Source: an uncultured Candidatus Poseidoniales archaeon | Lineage (GTDB): Archaea > Thermoplasmatota > Poseidoniia > Poseidoniales > Thalassarchaeaceae | Assembly (NCBI GenBank): GCA_902573115.1 | Contig: CACGIM010000003.1 | Span: forward strand, 1 to 62,007 | DNA length: 62,007 bases | Reading direction: 5' to 3' | Part shown: positions 42,532 through 52,329 of the stretch, piece by piece | How positions within the stretch are numbered: position 1 is the first letter of the stretch | Layout of the letters: every line of letters begins with the position of its first letter | Notes under the pieces: generated by a model | What the model saw: only the letters and a program-made list of their open reading frames with translations | The model's database searches: none | What the model was told of the DNA's origin: nothing | Position numbers and translations under genes: made by a program

Positions 42532-43361
42532 TCCTCTTCCCCCCTGGTCTTACTAGAATTTTTTGACTTAGATTTAGTTGATTTGGAAAAAGACGATGCC
42601 CCACCGCCGGCTACTATATTGTATCCTTTGAGTAGATCCGGAAATCCTGGACCAATATCCCCGAACCCTTTTTGCAATCTAATTTCCCAATGCTCAATTG
42701 CTCTGTCACTCTGTTTTAGTAGCTCTCTTGCACGATCTAATTGGCTCCTAATGTCCCTCAGTTCAACAGAGACGGATGTAGATTTTTCATACGACGGTTG
42801 GGCCTTTTTCACGGCGTCGAGCATCTTTGTATGTGCGGAATCAGCCTTTTTGTAGAGATTCGACATTTTTCTGCTTTTTTCTATATACTCCAACATATCC
42901 GGGTTGGAATCCTTTCGTTCCTTGAGCCACTTATCATTCTGATAAACTAACGCTCTCCTTTTGTCCAAAAGTTTCCTTTCTGATTTTTGATCTAATGCAG
43001 AAGTCTGTATCTTGTGTTCGATTTCTTCTATTCTTTCAATCAATCTTTCTTTTTTCCATTTAGGATCTAGATTTACCATTCCTCCAGATTCTTCTATTCT
43101 CTTCCGGATTAATTTTACTTTTGATATTAGTACACCAGCCTCGGATTGAGCTTTGTCTCGTGCCTGTTTGAAGTTAGCTACCTTACTATTGGCTTCTTCA
43201 TATGATTTGGACAACCTTTCCGCCTTTGGAGATAATGCTTCTTCTTCCGCCTCAAGGTTTCTAATCACTCCCGGAAGACTTTCCTTAAGCATCAATCTCC
43301 TCTGGAGTAAGGACTTCGCCAAGTCTTCTGGCTTTACGTTCAACAGGCTCTCGGTGTCCAT
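42528..43361 (-). CDS. Coiled-coil protein (COG1340-like)
   Basis: IEEIEHKIQTSALDQKSERKL motif; heptads. Confidence 0.72.
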   Translation of the reverse strand: MDTESLLNVKPEDLAKSLLQRRLMLKESLPGVIRNLEAEEEALSPKAERLSKSYEEANSKVANFKQARDKAQSEAGVLISKVKLIRKRIEESGGMVNLDPKWKKERLIERIEEIEHKIQTSALDQKSERKLLDKRRALVYQNDKWLKERKDSNPDMLEYIEKSRKMSNLYKKADSAHTKMLDAVKKAQPSYEKSTSVSVELRDIRSQLDRARELLKQSDRAIEHWEIRLQKGFGDIGPGFPDLLKGYNIVAGGGASSFSKSTKSKSKNSSKTRGEEE

Positions 43362-43424
43362 TTCATTCCGCAGTGCGACAATACATCCATTATAGCCCTA
43401 TTTGGGGTGGATTTTTGCGTTTGA

Positions 43425-45026
43425 TTGATACGCTGGAGTTACGAGGATTGCTTGATGGTAGGTGCAAAAGCCAATCCGTTAGCTCTCATCATGGCGATTG
43501 TCATAGTTTCTGCTAGTTTAAATCTCTATAATAATCCACAAGAATTAGCTTCAGAAAATTTTGACATAATGTACTCCGGCGAAACAGAAGGTGTGGCAAA
43601 CTTCAGCTCTTCAGGAAACTCTGGTGTGGCAATATCCGGTGAACCAGCACACATAGGTGACCTTCTAGCTGCTTCTCTGTTGGTAAGTAATTCTGGAAAT
43701 TCTACAGGTATGGCCTCCCTAAATTTGGAAGATACACAGACCGGAGAAATTTTTTCTGGACCATATGTGGAGATTGGTCCAGGCTCAACAAGAGAAGTTA
43801 GTACTATTTTTTCACCTTTTTCAAACGGCTCCAATTCCTACGCTTGGTGGGTATCAATGTCAGATGGGGATGACCCAGAGTCCCTGAATGGGCAATTTTC
43901 AGTCCACGTATCAGCTAAACAATCATTGCTCTTGACTATCGATAACTACCGATGGGACTTGGAATCAGGGCTAGAGGTAGAGGCTTCCGTTTACTTGTCA
44001 CAAGGCCTTTCTAGAATCATTGGGATGGGGATTTCAGTCGCTACTCAGGGAGACCCAAATCTTCTCCAATTGATTACCATTGATGCAGATCCCGGTAGGA
44101 GGAGCTTAGACCTATACTTGGGTCATCCGATAGCTGATTCAATTATTATCGAGCTGATTCCCGATGGGTGGAGTCCAGCTTCAAACTCTGTTAATGTCAC
44201 ACAGATCTCAGTCGAGATGCCTATTGTTGAAAGCTCATCACTAGAGATTAACTCCCAAATTACCCCTTCCGAACCCACGCCCGGAGACCCGGTCGTTGTT
44301 ACTGTTTCAATAACAAATAACGGAGATTACAGAGCAGATCGGGGGAAAATTCGAGTCATTTCTACTACTGACAGACAGGTTTTGGCCGAGTCGTCCTCCC
44401 AATTCGTCAGTTCTGGAGCTACTGTTTCCGATGATATCGTAATTCCATCTTGGCCGGACAGAGACAGGGTTGATCTTGAGATCCAATGGCTTTCGGGAGA
44501 AAATACAAAAATAGAGTACCTTCTTATTGACTCAAAATCAGAGAATAATGGCCTAACAACCCCCTTCGATTTACTTTCAGCAACTTATGGGGCGATAGGC
44601 GGAGTTTTAGCAATACTATTGGGGACCTTAGTTTGGAGGGGGATTGCAAACAGGACTCCTTCAACCTCCAAGATCGGGCTAAGGGAGACTAAGGAGGAAA
44701 AGGCAACCAGATCGAAACTCGACAAAAGAGAGTTGTCTTGCGCCTTCTGCGACCAGAGGTTAATGGTCCCAATAGGTCACATAGGGGCAGTGAAGTGTCC
44801 TTCTTGTACTATGGAGTTTCAAGTTGGAGGGGAAGAAGAAAGGGTGGTAACGCCCCAAGACAATAATAGGGAGATCATTAATGATCGAGATTACCAAATA
44901 GCACGTTCAAATGAGGACAATCTAAACTGCCCTGAATGTGATCAGGCACTTAGGGTGCCGATTGAGAGGAGGCCGGTAATGTCTAGATGTCCAGTTTGCA
45001 AGACAGAATTCATGGCAGAAACCTAG
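43425..45026 (+). CDS. Membrane protein: exported Ig/CARDB-like domains, TM, two cytoplasmic Zn ribbons
   Basis: N-terminal signal/anchor; TM YGAIGGVLAILLGTLVW; CAFC...CPSC and CPEC...CPVC. Likely start ATG 43455. Confidence 0.75.
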   Translation: MIRWSYEDCLMVGAKANPLALIMAIVIVSASLNLYNNPQELASENFDIMYSGETEGVANFSSSGNSGVAISGEPAHIGDLLAASLLVSNSGNSTGMASLNLEDTQTGEIFSGPYVEIGPGSTREVSTIFSPFSNGSNSYAWWVSMSDGDDPESLNGQFSVHVSAKQSLLLTIDNYRWDLESGLEVEASVYLSQGLSRIIGMGISVATQGDPNLLQLITIDADPGRRSLDLYLGHPIADSIIIELIPDGWSPASNSVNVTQISVEMPIVESSSLEINSQITPSEPTPGDPVVVTVSITNNGDYRADRGKIRVISTTDRQVLAESSSQFVSSGATVSDDIVIPSWPDRDRVDLEIQWLSGENTKIEYLLIDSKSENNGLTTPFDLLSATYGAIGGVLAILLGTLVWRGIANRTPSTSKIGLRETKEEKATRSKLDKRELSCAFCDQRLMVPIGHIGAVKCPSCTMEFQVGGEEERVVTPQDNNREIINDRDYQIARSNEDNLNCPECDQALRVPIERRPVMSRCPVCKTEFMAET

Positions 45027-45036
45027 GGTGATTTGA

Positions 45037-45696
45037 ATGTCGAAATTTAGCGAGATCGAAGAGATGTATCTCAAGAGGATGTTTGAAGTTCACAGTCAAA
45101 CACCCGATGCCATTGTCAAAACTACTCAATTAGCGGAAATAATGGGCATTAGTCCCGCATCAGTCACTGAGATGATTCAACGGCTATCGGACAGGGGTAT
45201 GGTCACTCACATTCCATACAGGGGAAGCAGACTAACCCCGGAAGGATTTCAGCTAGCTGCCAGTGTAAAAAGGAGAGAATATCTTTTACAAATTCTGCTC
45301 TCCGATGTTATTGGATACAAAGGTAATGTCCATGATGTAGCATGCAAGATGGAACATGCCGTGGACCCTGATCTTGAAGCTACAATTGACAGATTCTTAG
45401 GATTTCCAGAGCTCTCCGCAGACGGTTCAAGAATTCCCGGTGTAAAAAGGGCCGTCGAACCAATCGGAATAGGGGCACTTCTCCCTGTCTCGGCAATCCC
45501 GGACGGAACCTCAGCATCTGTTGAGGTGATATTGGCTAGTGAAGTAGAGGCAGTGACTTTGAGGGAAACCGGCCTTATGCCCGGTTCAAAGATAGTAAAC
45601 CTAAACGGGGAAATTACAATTGATGGTAAACGGTGTGAGATTTCACCAGGAATGTCGATGAAGGTATTGGTAAGAGTTACTGAATTGGGGGCTTAA
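45037..45696 (+). CDS. DtxR/MntR-family metal-dependent repressor
   Basis: EEMYLK, LGISPASVTEM-like HTH, LTPEG, ACKMEH, FeoA-like tail. Confidence 0.9.
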   Translation: MSKFSEIEEMYLKRMFEVHSQTPDAIVKTTQLAEIMGISPASVTEMIQRLSDRGMVTHIPYRGSRLTPEGFQLAASVKRREYLLQILLSDVIGYKGNVHDVACKMEHAVDPDLEATIDRFLGFPELSADGSRIPGVKRAVEPIGIGALLPVSAIPDGTSASVEVILASEVEAVTLRETGLMPGSKIVNLNGEITIDGKRCEISPGMSMKVLVRVTELGA

Positions 45697-45698
45697 AA

Positions 45699-47276
45699 TT
45701 GGCGGAGGACTCTGACCCTAGATCTTTGTTGGATCTTGAGACAGACATCGACTCAATGGTCGCCGCCCTGGAATCTGAAACGCCCTCTGCACCAGATATT
45801 AACAAAATACTGAAAGAAGGAGAGAAAGAAAGCACCCAATCTTACAAAAGCATCCTAAAAAATAGAGAAATTCTTCTTTCCGGAGTTGACGATTTTATAA
45901 TTAGTAGTGGGGCACGACTGATACTATTCCTTCCGATCATAGTGGTATTCCTGTACGGCCTCGCCCAATCATTCAGAGGTTCTGATCCCCAATGGTGGGA
46001 GGGAAGCGTCAGAGAGCTATTTCTGGACCTATCCTTCTATGAGTCTGTCTACTTGCTTTCTTTGGTAATCATGGTTGCAGATTTATTGTTGTTATTCGTA
46101 CTTCATTACCTATTATGGTTGACTAAGAAAATTTTCCAGATTGAGACCGACGAGATCACTTCTTCGGGAGTAACTTTCCGAAGTGCACATGGATATAGCG
46201 AAATGCGTGCCGTCATTGAGGGCGCTTCGATTCAACTAAGGGTAACAACTACGCTAATGGTTTTGGCAACATTCCTTTTGGGGTCTGCATTGCTTTTCCC
46301 AAGCAATACCGAAGGCGTGCCTGTCCTTATCGCCTTGTCCACAGGCTCACTTCTATCTAGTCATGGCCTATACATGGCATCTGAGAGGCCCAGATTTAAC
46401 ACTGTCAACCCTTGGGGACTATTGGATTCATTTTCCCCTCCAATACACCCTGCACTTTTGAATAAGCCATTCACGGACGTAATTCGAGCTCATGTAGATC
46501 CTATGCTAGCCGTGAAATTCTCAAAGTACGTGTCTTCATTCGACTCGGACTTAAAGAAGGGAGTATCGCTTCAGGATCTCCAAGAGTACCTTCTACAGAT
46601 GTTAGACATGTTCAGGTCTGGAGTTATTGACGAGGACGATTTCCATCTAGCTCTATCATCTGTGGTAGACTCGCAGACAATCGACCAGATTATCAATCAT
46701 CCTGAGCTAGGCGAAGAGACACTTGACAGGTTGCTTATGCACGCTAGAGATAGGTGCGCACCATTCTTCAGACTTAACGACAGAATGAGAATGCAGATGA
46801 CTACCACAACAAGCTCCGGCATCTGGTTCGATGTAGATATGGAGAACCTGACGCTTGGCCAGGCGAATCTATTCGCATTTATCATAAATCACTCCCAAGA
46901 CACTCAGGACCTGATCCTAAGGGTGCAAACACCCGACTTTAGGCCAAATGAATGCGTATACCGATTGAGGGCTGAGCCTTATGATGCAACCTCAACTAAT
47001 GGGGCGCCTATATACCAAAGAATGTCAGATTCAATGGCTTCATCCAGAATTATTTGGCAGACTCTTATACCATCTTCTAACGGAGAGTCCACAGTCACGG
47101 TTAGATTAGAAGACTCTTCTGGAAACCTGATTTCGGGGAAGGTACTAACCTCTCAAGTAAGGTCAGACCTATTTACTAGATTGAGGATAACAACTGGCGC
47201 AGTATTCATGATCGGAGCCGCTCTGGCCGTGATATCGCCAATTTTGCCCTTTGCAGCTAGGATACTGGGGCTTTAG
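45699..47276 (+). CDS. Hypothetical membrane protein
   Basis: Four N-terminal TM helices, a soluble domain and a C-terminal TM; TTG start. Confidence 0.7.
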   Translation: MAEDSDPRSLLDLETDIDSMVAALESETPSAPDINKILKEGEKESTQSYKSILKNREILLSGVDDFIISSGARLILFLPIIVVFLYGLAQSFRGSDPQWWEGSVRELFLDLSFYESVYLLSLVIMVADLLLLFVLHYLLWLTKKIFQIETDEITSSGVTFRSAHGYSEMRAVIEGASIQLRVTTTLMVLATFLLGSALLFPSNTEGVPVLIALSTGSLLSSHGLYMASERPRFNTVNPWGLLDSFSPPIHPALLNKPFTDVIRAHVDPMLAVKFSKYVSSFDSDLKKGVSLQDLQEYLLQMLDMFRSGVIDEDDFHLALSSVVDSQTIDQIINHPELGEETLDRLLMHARDRCAPFFRLNDRMRMQMTTTTSSGIWFDVDMENLTLGQANLFAFIINHSQDTQDLILRVQTPDFRPNECVYRLRAEPYDATSTNGAPIYQRMSDSMASSRIIWQTLIPSSNGESTVTVRLEDSSGNLISGKVLTSQVRSDLFTRLRITTGAVFMIGAALAVISPILPFAARILGL

Positions 47277-47310
47277 TTCTCTTCAATAAGGGGCCACTTC
47301 TCCGATTAAC

Positions 47311-48297
47311 GTGAGTGATGCGGAAGGTGCAACTGACGATCTCAGGACTAGACTCCATGCTATGGAGTCCAAGCTAAGGAGAATTTGGAGCCAACGGGAC
47401 TCTCACAACGAATCGGCCAAGCGAGCTGCGGACTCTAGAAACTCTGTCCATACGCAACGATCAGAGCTGGGCGAGATCATTCAGCAAAAAATGGATGAAC
47501 AAAAGTCAGTGAGAGCTCAGGCCAAGCTTCACCAAGCAAGAAGGGACGAGATACAGAAGAGCATCAGGGAACTAATTTCAAGGAAAAAAGGAAGGAGAGA
47601 GGGTGGGCCTGGAAAGTCTGTGGTTATTCAACTGTCAGAGACTTTGGGTGAGATAGAGAGGATAGAGAACAGAATAATGACGGACGGCGCCCTTTCTTTA
47701 GAAAAAGAAAACTCGCTTCTGAAAAAGCTCAGAACTCTAATTGCAAAGAGGGACGAGCTGATTCCAGAAGTTGAACAACAGAACATAATATCGATTGATC
47801 TAAGCGATATGGATGAATCAATCCAGAAGCTCAGGGCCGAAGCCGATAACGAACACAATATGATGATTGAGCAAAATAAGCTAGCAGATGATATCTGGGC
47901 CGATATTAAGCCAATGTTGGAGGAGAGGGATTTCCTTAGAGGAGAAGGGGACAGACTACATTCCCTTTTCATAGAAGAAAGGGGCAAAGCGGATGAAGCA
48001 CATAGCAGTGGATTGGTGTTACTCTCCAAGGTCAATGAGATAAGGGATGAAATGAAGACTCAGCATCTTGAGCGAGAAGCACTGATCAGGGATCACAATA
48101 AGTCCGTCCGGGAGGCATTGAGGGGACCGGATGAAGACGAAAACCTCGCCGATTCAATGACCAAGAGCTTATTTGAGGGCGGATCAATAACATTCGGTGG
48201 GACAGGATCTGCCTCAGAAAGCAATCAAAACTCAAACAAATCAACTACCAAGAGGCAAACAAGGAGGTTAGGAACTTCTCGAGGAAGGAAGAGGTGA
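47311..48297 (+). CDS. Coiled-coil protein (COG1340-like)
   Basis: IERIENRIMTDGALSLEKEN motif; heptads; basic tail. Confidence 0.75.
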   Translation: MSDAEGATDDLRTRLHAMESKLRRIWSQRDSHNESAKRAADSRNSVHTQRSELGEIIQQKMDEQKSVRAQAKLHQARRDEIQKSIRELISRKKGRREGGPGKSVVIQLSETLGEIERIENRIMTDGALSLEKENSLLKKLRTLIAKRDELIPEVEQQNIISIDLSDMDESIQKLRAEADNEHNMMIEQNKLADDIWADIKPMLEERDFLRGEGDRLHSLFIEERGKADEAHSSGLVLLSKVNEIRDEMKTQHLEREALIRDHNKSVREALRGPDEDENLADSMTKSLFEGGSITFGGTGSASESNQNSNKSTTKRQTRRLGTSRGRKR

Positions 48298-49287
48298 CTA
48301 CCAACCTCTCTCGTCAAGTCTGACCTCAAGGCTGTCAATCTCCAAACCGGGCATCGCCTCGCCAATCATTTCGCTAGCTTCTGCAACAACTGATGGATCT
48401 TCATAATTGTGAGCTGCTAGTACTATTGCCTCAGCGGTGTTTGCTGGGTCGGAGCTCTTGAAAATGCCAGATCCAACAAAGATCCCATCCATTCCATGAC
48501 TCATCATCAAAGCAGCGTCGGATGGGGTGGCAATTCCTCCTGCTGAAAATGTGACCACTGGAAGCCTCCCCATCTTTATCACTTCATCTAGGACAGAGGA
48601 AATTTCATCCCCCAACTCTTCTAAATCTCCGAAAGGTGTAGTTGTAACTATTGCGCCAATATCTGAATGGTCTTCCAGTTTAGAATACCCCCCCATTATT
48701 GCCTCGACCATTTCATTCCTCCCTTCCGAGGTTGCTCTAATTGCCGTTCCAATTTCTGTCTCTAACAACCTAGCGTGTTTGACCGCGGAAACGACATTTC
48801 CAGTACCAGCCTCTCCCTTTGTTCTTATCATCGCTGCTCCCTCCGCAATCCTCCTTACCGCTTCCCCTAAGCTTGTGCAACCACAAACGAAGGGTATGGT
48901 GAAACTCTTTTTTGCGATGTGGTAAAATGGGTCCGCTGGAGTAAGTACTTCCGACTCATCAATCATGTCCACTCCCAACGACTCTAGCACCCTAGCTTCT
49001 TCGTCATGACCAATTCTCGCCTTTGCCATGACTGGTATGCTGGTTGTTTCAATTATTTCTTTAATCATAGTTGGGTGGCTCATTCTAGCCACACCCCCGG
49101 ATGCTCTTATGTCGGCAGGAACACGCTCGAGAGCCATTACAGACACAGCTCCTGCGTCCTCGGCAATATGGGCCTCTTCGGGAGTGACGACATCCATGAC
49201 GACGCCACCTTCTTGCATCTTGGCAAAACCTCTCTTGAGCAAGTCAGTACCGAAACGCATGTCTTTGAGGTCTATCTTATCACCCAT
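48298..49287 (-). CDS. pdxS: Pyridoxal 5'-phosphate synthase lyase subunit PdxS
   Basis: [61 protein letters not shown]-like. Confidence 0.97.
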   Translation of the reverse strand: MGDKIDLKDMRFGTDLLKRGFAKMQEGGVVMDVVTPEEAHIAEDAGAVSVMALERVPADIRASGGVARMSHPTMIKEIIETTSIPVMAKARIGHDEEARVLESLGVDMIDESEVLTPADPFYHIAKKSFTIPFVCGCTSLGEAVRRIAEGAAMIRTKGEAGTGNVVSAVKHARLLETEIGTAIRATSEGRNEMVEAIMGGYSKLEDHSDIGAIVTTTPFGDLEELGDEISSVLDEVIKMGRLPVVTFSAGGIATPSDAALMMSHGMDGIFVGSGIFKSSDPANTAEAIVLAAHNYEDPSVVAEASEMIGEAMPGLEIDSLEVRLDERGW

Positions 49288-49340
49288 ATCAACCGCTCCG
49301 GGTGGCTATTCAAGAACCTATGTTCGGCTCGCATTGCCAA

Positions 49341-49616
49341 TTAATCTGCCAGGACAGGTGAGTCGCCTTCTGCTATAGGGAGGTTAGGGGCCTCTTCTTC
49401 GTTTTTATCTAACCAAGCCATCTCCTCATCTGGCAAATCAGTGTCGGCATATATTGCTTCTGTCGGGCACTCGGGTATGCAAGCGGCGCAGTCTATGCAC
49501 TCGTCGGGGTCTATAACCAGGTATTCTTCGGCTTCCCTAAAGGCTTCTACTGGACAAACATGGACGCAGTCTTGGTATTTGCAGCTAACACATGCGCTTG
49601 TTACAACGTGAGTCAT
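49341..49616 (-). CDS. fdxA: 7Fe (FdxA-type) ferredoxin
   Basis: MTHVVTSACVSCKYQDCVHVCPV...IDPDECIDCAACIPECP; start at ATG 49616. Confidence 0.9.
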   Translation of the reverse strand: MTHVVTSACVSCKYQDCVHVCPVEAFREAEEYLVIDPDECIDCAACIPECPTEAIYADTDLPDEEMAWLDKNEEEAPNLPIAEGDSPVLAD

Positions 49617-49662
49617 ACAACGATTGCGTGGACGGGAATCGCATATCAAGGCTTGTGTCTTG

Positions 49663-50094
49663 TCATTTAATTGCCACATCTTTGATCAGGGTCTCGGCAA
49701 TATCGTGAGGGATTTGACCCGGATATACTTCTAGTTTGAATTTACCCTTGACAAAACCGTAGTTATTGTCCTTGACTATGGTTGGTGTGCCCATCACCAA
49801 TCCATCTAACCCGATCCTAATGTGCAGAACCTTGTCTTCATCAATTCTGGACTGTAGGCCTTGAGATAGCCACTCCAACAATGAAACAGAGTCGATTTTA
49901 CGCAAGGATTTCTTTGCAACCTTGGCGCTCATCTTGCACTCAAGACAATACATGGGTGCCCCTAACGCCGACTTTATTCTTTGGACCTGCACTCCATCCT
50001 TGTCTCCACAAAGCCATCCAAGAGAGTCAGTGATCAGGGTAATGTCGTCCACCGCGCTTGCATGGACTCTCCATAACCCGCCGTGTATTGTCAC
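49663..50094 (-). CDS. Archaeal RNA-binding protein (COG1325-like)
   Basis: VHASAVDD..., SRIDEDKVLHIRI, KFKLEVYP. Confidence 0.6.
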   Translation of the reverse strand: MTIHGGLWRVHASAVDDITLITDSLGWLCGDKDGVQVQRIKSALGAPMYCLECKMSAKVAKKSLRKIDSVSLLEWLSQGLQSRIDEDKVLHIRIGLDGLVMGTPTIVKDNNYGFVKGKFKLEVYPGQIPHDIAETLIKDVAIK

Positions 50095-50172
50095 GTTCCT
50101 GCTAAGGCCTCAATAACTTGAATGCAACTGTTGTCAGGGTTTCAAACACTGCATTTCGTTCAAATACTGGGT

Positions 50173-50213
50173 GTATTTCGGATGGCTCGCAAACGGGGCA
50201 GCCCCCGAAATAC
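50173..50213 (+). promoter_or_regulatory. Stem-loop in the eS1 5' leader
   Basis: gtatttcgg/ccgaaatac 9-bp stem with inner ggct/agcc; ends 12 nt before ATG 50226. Confidence 0.45.
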
Positions 50214-50225
50214 GGAGTCGTTCAA

Positions 50226-51128
50226 ATGGCCAAAGGAGCATCAGCAAGAGCGGCAGCAAGAAGGCAGAAGGATAAATGGAAGGCGAAGCGCTGGTATTCC
50301 ATCAGAGCCCCAAGAAATCCCTGGTCATTCAAGGTCATCGGAGAGACCCTTGCAGAAGAAGAGGGCATGTTGGTTGGCAGGCCGTACGAGATGATGCAGA
50401 ACGAACTTGATGGTGACTTCAGTAAAATGCATGTGAAAATAAAATTCCGGATCAAAGAAGTCGTTGGCAATGACGCATTGACCGAATTTGTTGGGCATGA
50501 TGTCCAAAAGGACCATGTGAGGCGTCAAATCAGAAGAGACCGAGGTAAAATAGACGACACAATCGATGTCGTCACGGATGATGGATACTTCATCAGGATT
50601 AAGCCTTTTATGGTCACAAGGTCCAGAATAAAGGGAAGTCAAAAGCAAGAAACTAGGACCGTCGCAAGAAATGTGGTAATCAAATTTTGCTCTTCCGCTA
50701 CTTGGATTGCGGTACAAAAGGCTCTGATGGATGGTTCACTGGAAGAGAGTGTGAGTGAAGCAGTTTCAAAGGTGCAGCCAGTCAGATCTGTCTTCTTCAG
50801 GAGAAGTCAACTTATACAGGATGGTGTGGTAATAGATGACGGGCCAACACTTGAAGAAATTAAAGCCGAGGAGAAGGCTACCAAGGAAGCTGCGACAAAA
50901 GAATCCGAAGAAATCCAGTCTGTCGAGGAGGTCAGTGAAATCAATGAAGATGCCATTGTGGATGAGGAAATCGTCGAAGAAGATGTCGGTGAATCACAAG
51001 ACTCTGAACAAGAAGATGAACTAGATTATGAATCAATGACAGTTCCTCAATTAAAAGCTCTACTCAAAGAGGCCGGCAAGCCTGTTTCAGGCAAGAAAGC
51101 AGACTTAATCGCCAGACTCTCGGAGTGA
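50226..51128 (+). CDS. rps3ae: 30S ribosomal protein S3Ae (eS1) with acidic linker and C-terminal SAP/HeH-like domain
   Basis: KDKWKAKRWYSIRAP, DFSKMHVKIKF, RRDRGKIDD; tail MTVPQLKALLKEAGKPVSGKKADLIARL. Confidence 0.93.
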   Translation: MAKGASARAAARRQKDKWKAKRWYSIRAPRNPWSFKVIGETLAEEEGMLVGRPYEMMQNELDGDFSKMHVKIKFRIKEVVGNDALTEFVGHDVQKDHVRRQIRRDRGKIDDTIDVVTDDGYFIRIKPFMVTRSRIKGSQKQETRTVARNVVIKFCSSATWIAVQKALMDGSLEESVSEAVSKVQPVRSVFFRRSQLIQDGVVIDDGPTLEEIKAEEKATKEAATKESEEIQSVEEVSEINEDAIVDEEIVEEDVGESQDSEQEDELDYESMTVPQLKALLKEAGKPVSGKKADLIARLSE

Positions 51129-51132
51129 GGAG

Positions 51133-51903
51133 ATGCCTCGCATTTCCGTTTTGTGCGGAACAGGAATGAGCGGCCTTTCTTCAATATTGAAGGATATTGA
51201 AGGTCGCCAATCCGAGAAATTAGTATTGGAAAGTCCCTGGGGCTTAGTTCCTATTGAAGTGGTTTCTGGCGAATCAGACCAAGTTTTTGTGATTGATAGG
51301 CATCACTCCAAAGGTTCGGAAAGGACACCACCACACCGAATAGAGCATAGAGCTAACGTTTACGCTGCTATTAGTTGTAATCCTGATGCAATATTGAGTA
51401 TAAACTCAGTAGGTTCATTCTCGGAAAATCTGCCCCCGGGGACTGTAGGGGTGGCATCAGACGTTCTAGATCTGTCGACTAAGCCTTGGTCTTTTTATGA
51501 CGATGAAGCAATTCACTCCGATAGAACCTGTCCATTCGATCAGGATATAATATCCGTTTGCAAAGAGCAATTAGAGGAAACCCAAGGAGTTGCGCCATCA
51601 ACCTTGGTCGTTGCTCAATGCACTGGCCCTCAATTTGAAACTCCGTCAGAAATCAACGCTCTTGAAAAGCTAGGCGCCCATGTGGTGGGGATGACTCTGG
51701 GCCCCGAGCAGAGACTTGTATCAGAATACGAAATCCCACATGTTTCACTAGTATGCTCTTCAAATTGGGCAGCAGGACGGACCCCTGGTGACCCCACTGC
51801 GGAAATCGATCATTATGCAGTTGACACAATAGCTTCTAAGATGAGAGAATCATTAGTAGCTTGCGTAATTTCAGTGCTTCAATCGATGCAAAACAACAAC
51901 TAG
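51133..51903 (+). CDS. MTAP/purine nucleoside phosphorylase family
   Basis: GTG, RH, HRANVYA, SVGS, GPQFETPSE, VVGMT, SSNWAAG. Confidence 0.88.
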   Translation: MPRISVLCGTGMSGLSSILKDIEGRQSEKLVLESPWGLVPIEVVSGESDQVFVIDRHHSKGSERTPPHRIEHRANVYAAISCNPDAILSINSVGSFSENLPPGTVGVASDVLDLSTKPWSFYDDEAIHSDRTCPFDQDIISVCKEQLEETQGVAPSTLVVAQCTGPQFETPSEINALEKLGAHVVGMTLGPEQRLVSEYEIPHVSLVCSSNWAAGRTPGDPTAEIDHYAVDTIASKMRESLVACVISVLQSMQNNN

Positions 51904-51933
51904 ATTCATGGTGCTCACACACTTCCCCAATTC

Positions 51934-52329
51934 ATGATAAGGCGGTTAAGAGTAGATGACTGGATACAGGTCGAAGGGACTGATGAACCGGATGGCTCAT
52001 GGAATACCATGATGTCTAGGGTAGCCGCATTTCATCATAAACACTCATTTTCTTCTCGAAAGAACAATGGCCACGACATGGGTTACAGGATAGCATTAAC
52101 GATAGAGGAACTAGGGGAATTGTCCTCCGCAATAACGAAGGGAAAGCCTCCTGAAGAGGCCGCGGAGGAGCTTGCGGATCTTCTGATACTGATTATGGGT
52201 CACTCTCTTGCCATGGAAGTCGACCTCGAGATGGAGTTCCACAGGAAGATGGACATGATTATGAATAGGGATGCAATAATGGGGAACCTCGGGATCAGAA
52301 TAACTGATTACACAGGAACCAATAACTAG
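51934..52329 (+). CDS. MazG-like nucleotide pyrophosphohydrolase
   Basis: EELGEL...EELADL motif. Confidence 0.8.
   Translation: MIRRLRVDDWIQVEGTDEPDGSWNTMMSRVAAFHHKHSFSSRKNNGHDMGYRIALTIEELGELSSAITKGKPPEEAAEELADLLILIMGHSLAMEVDLEMEFHRKMDMIMNRDAIMGNLGIRITDYTGTNN

Noticed and set aside
48580-48740. About 40 aa insertion in PdxS
   Set aside because: An insertion at this position is known in several euryarchaeal PdxS proteins.
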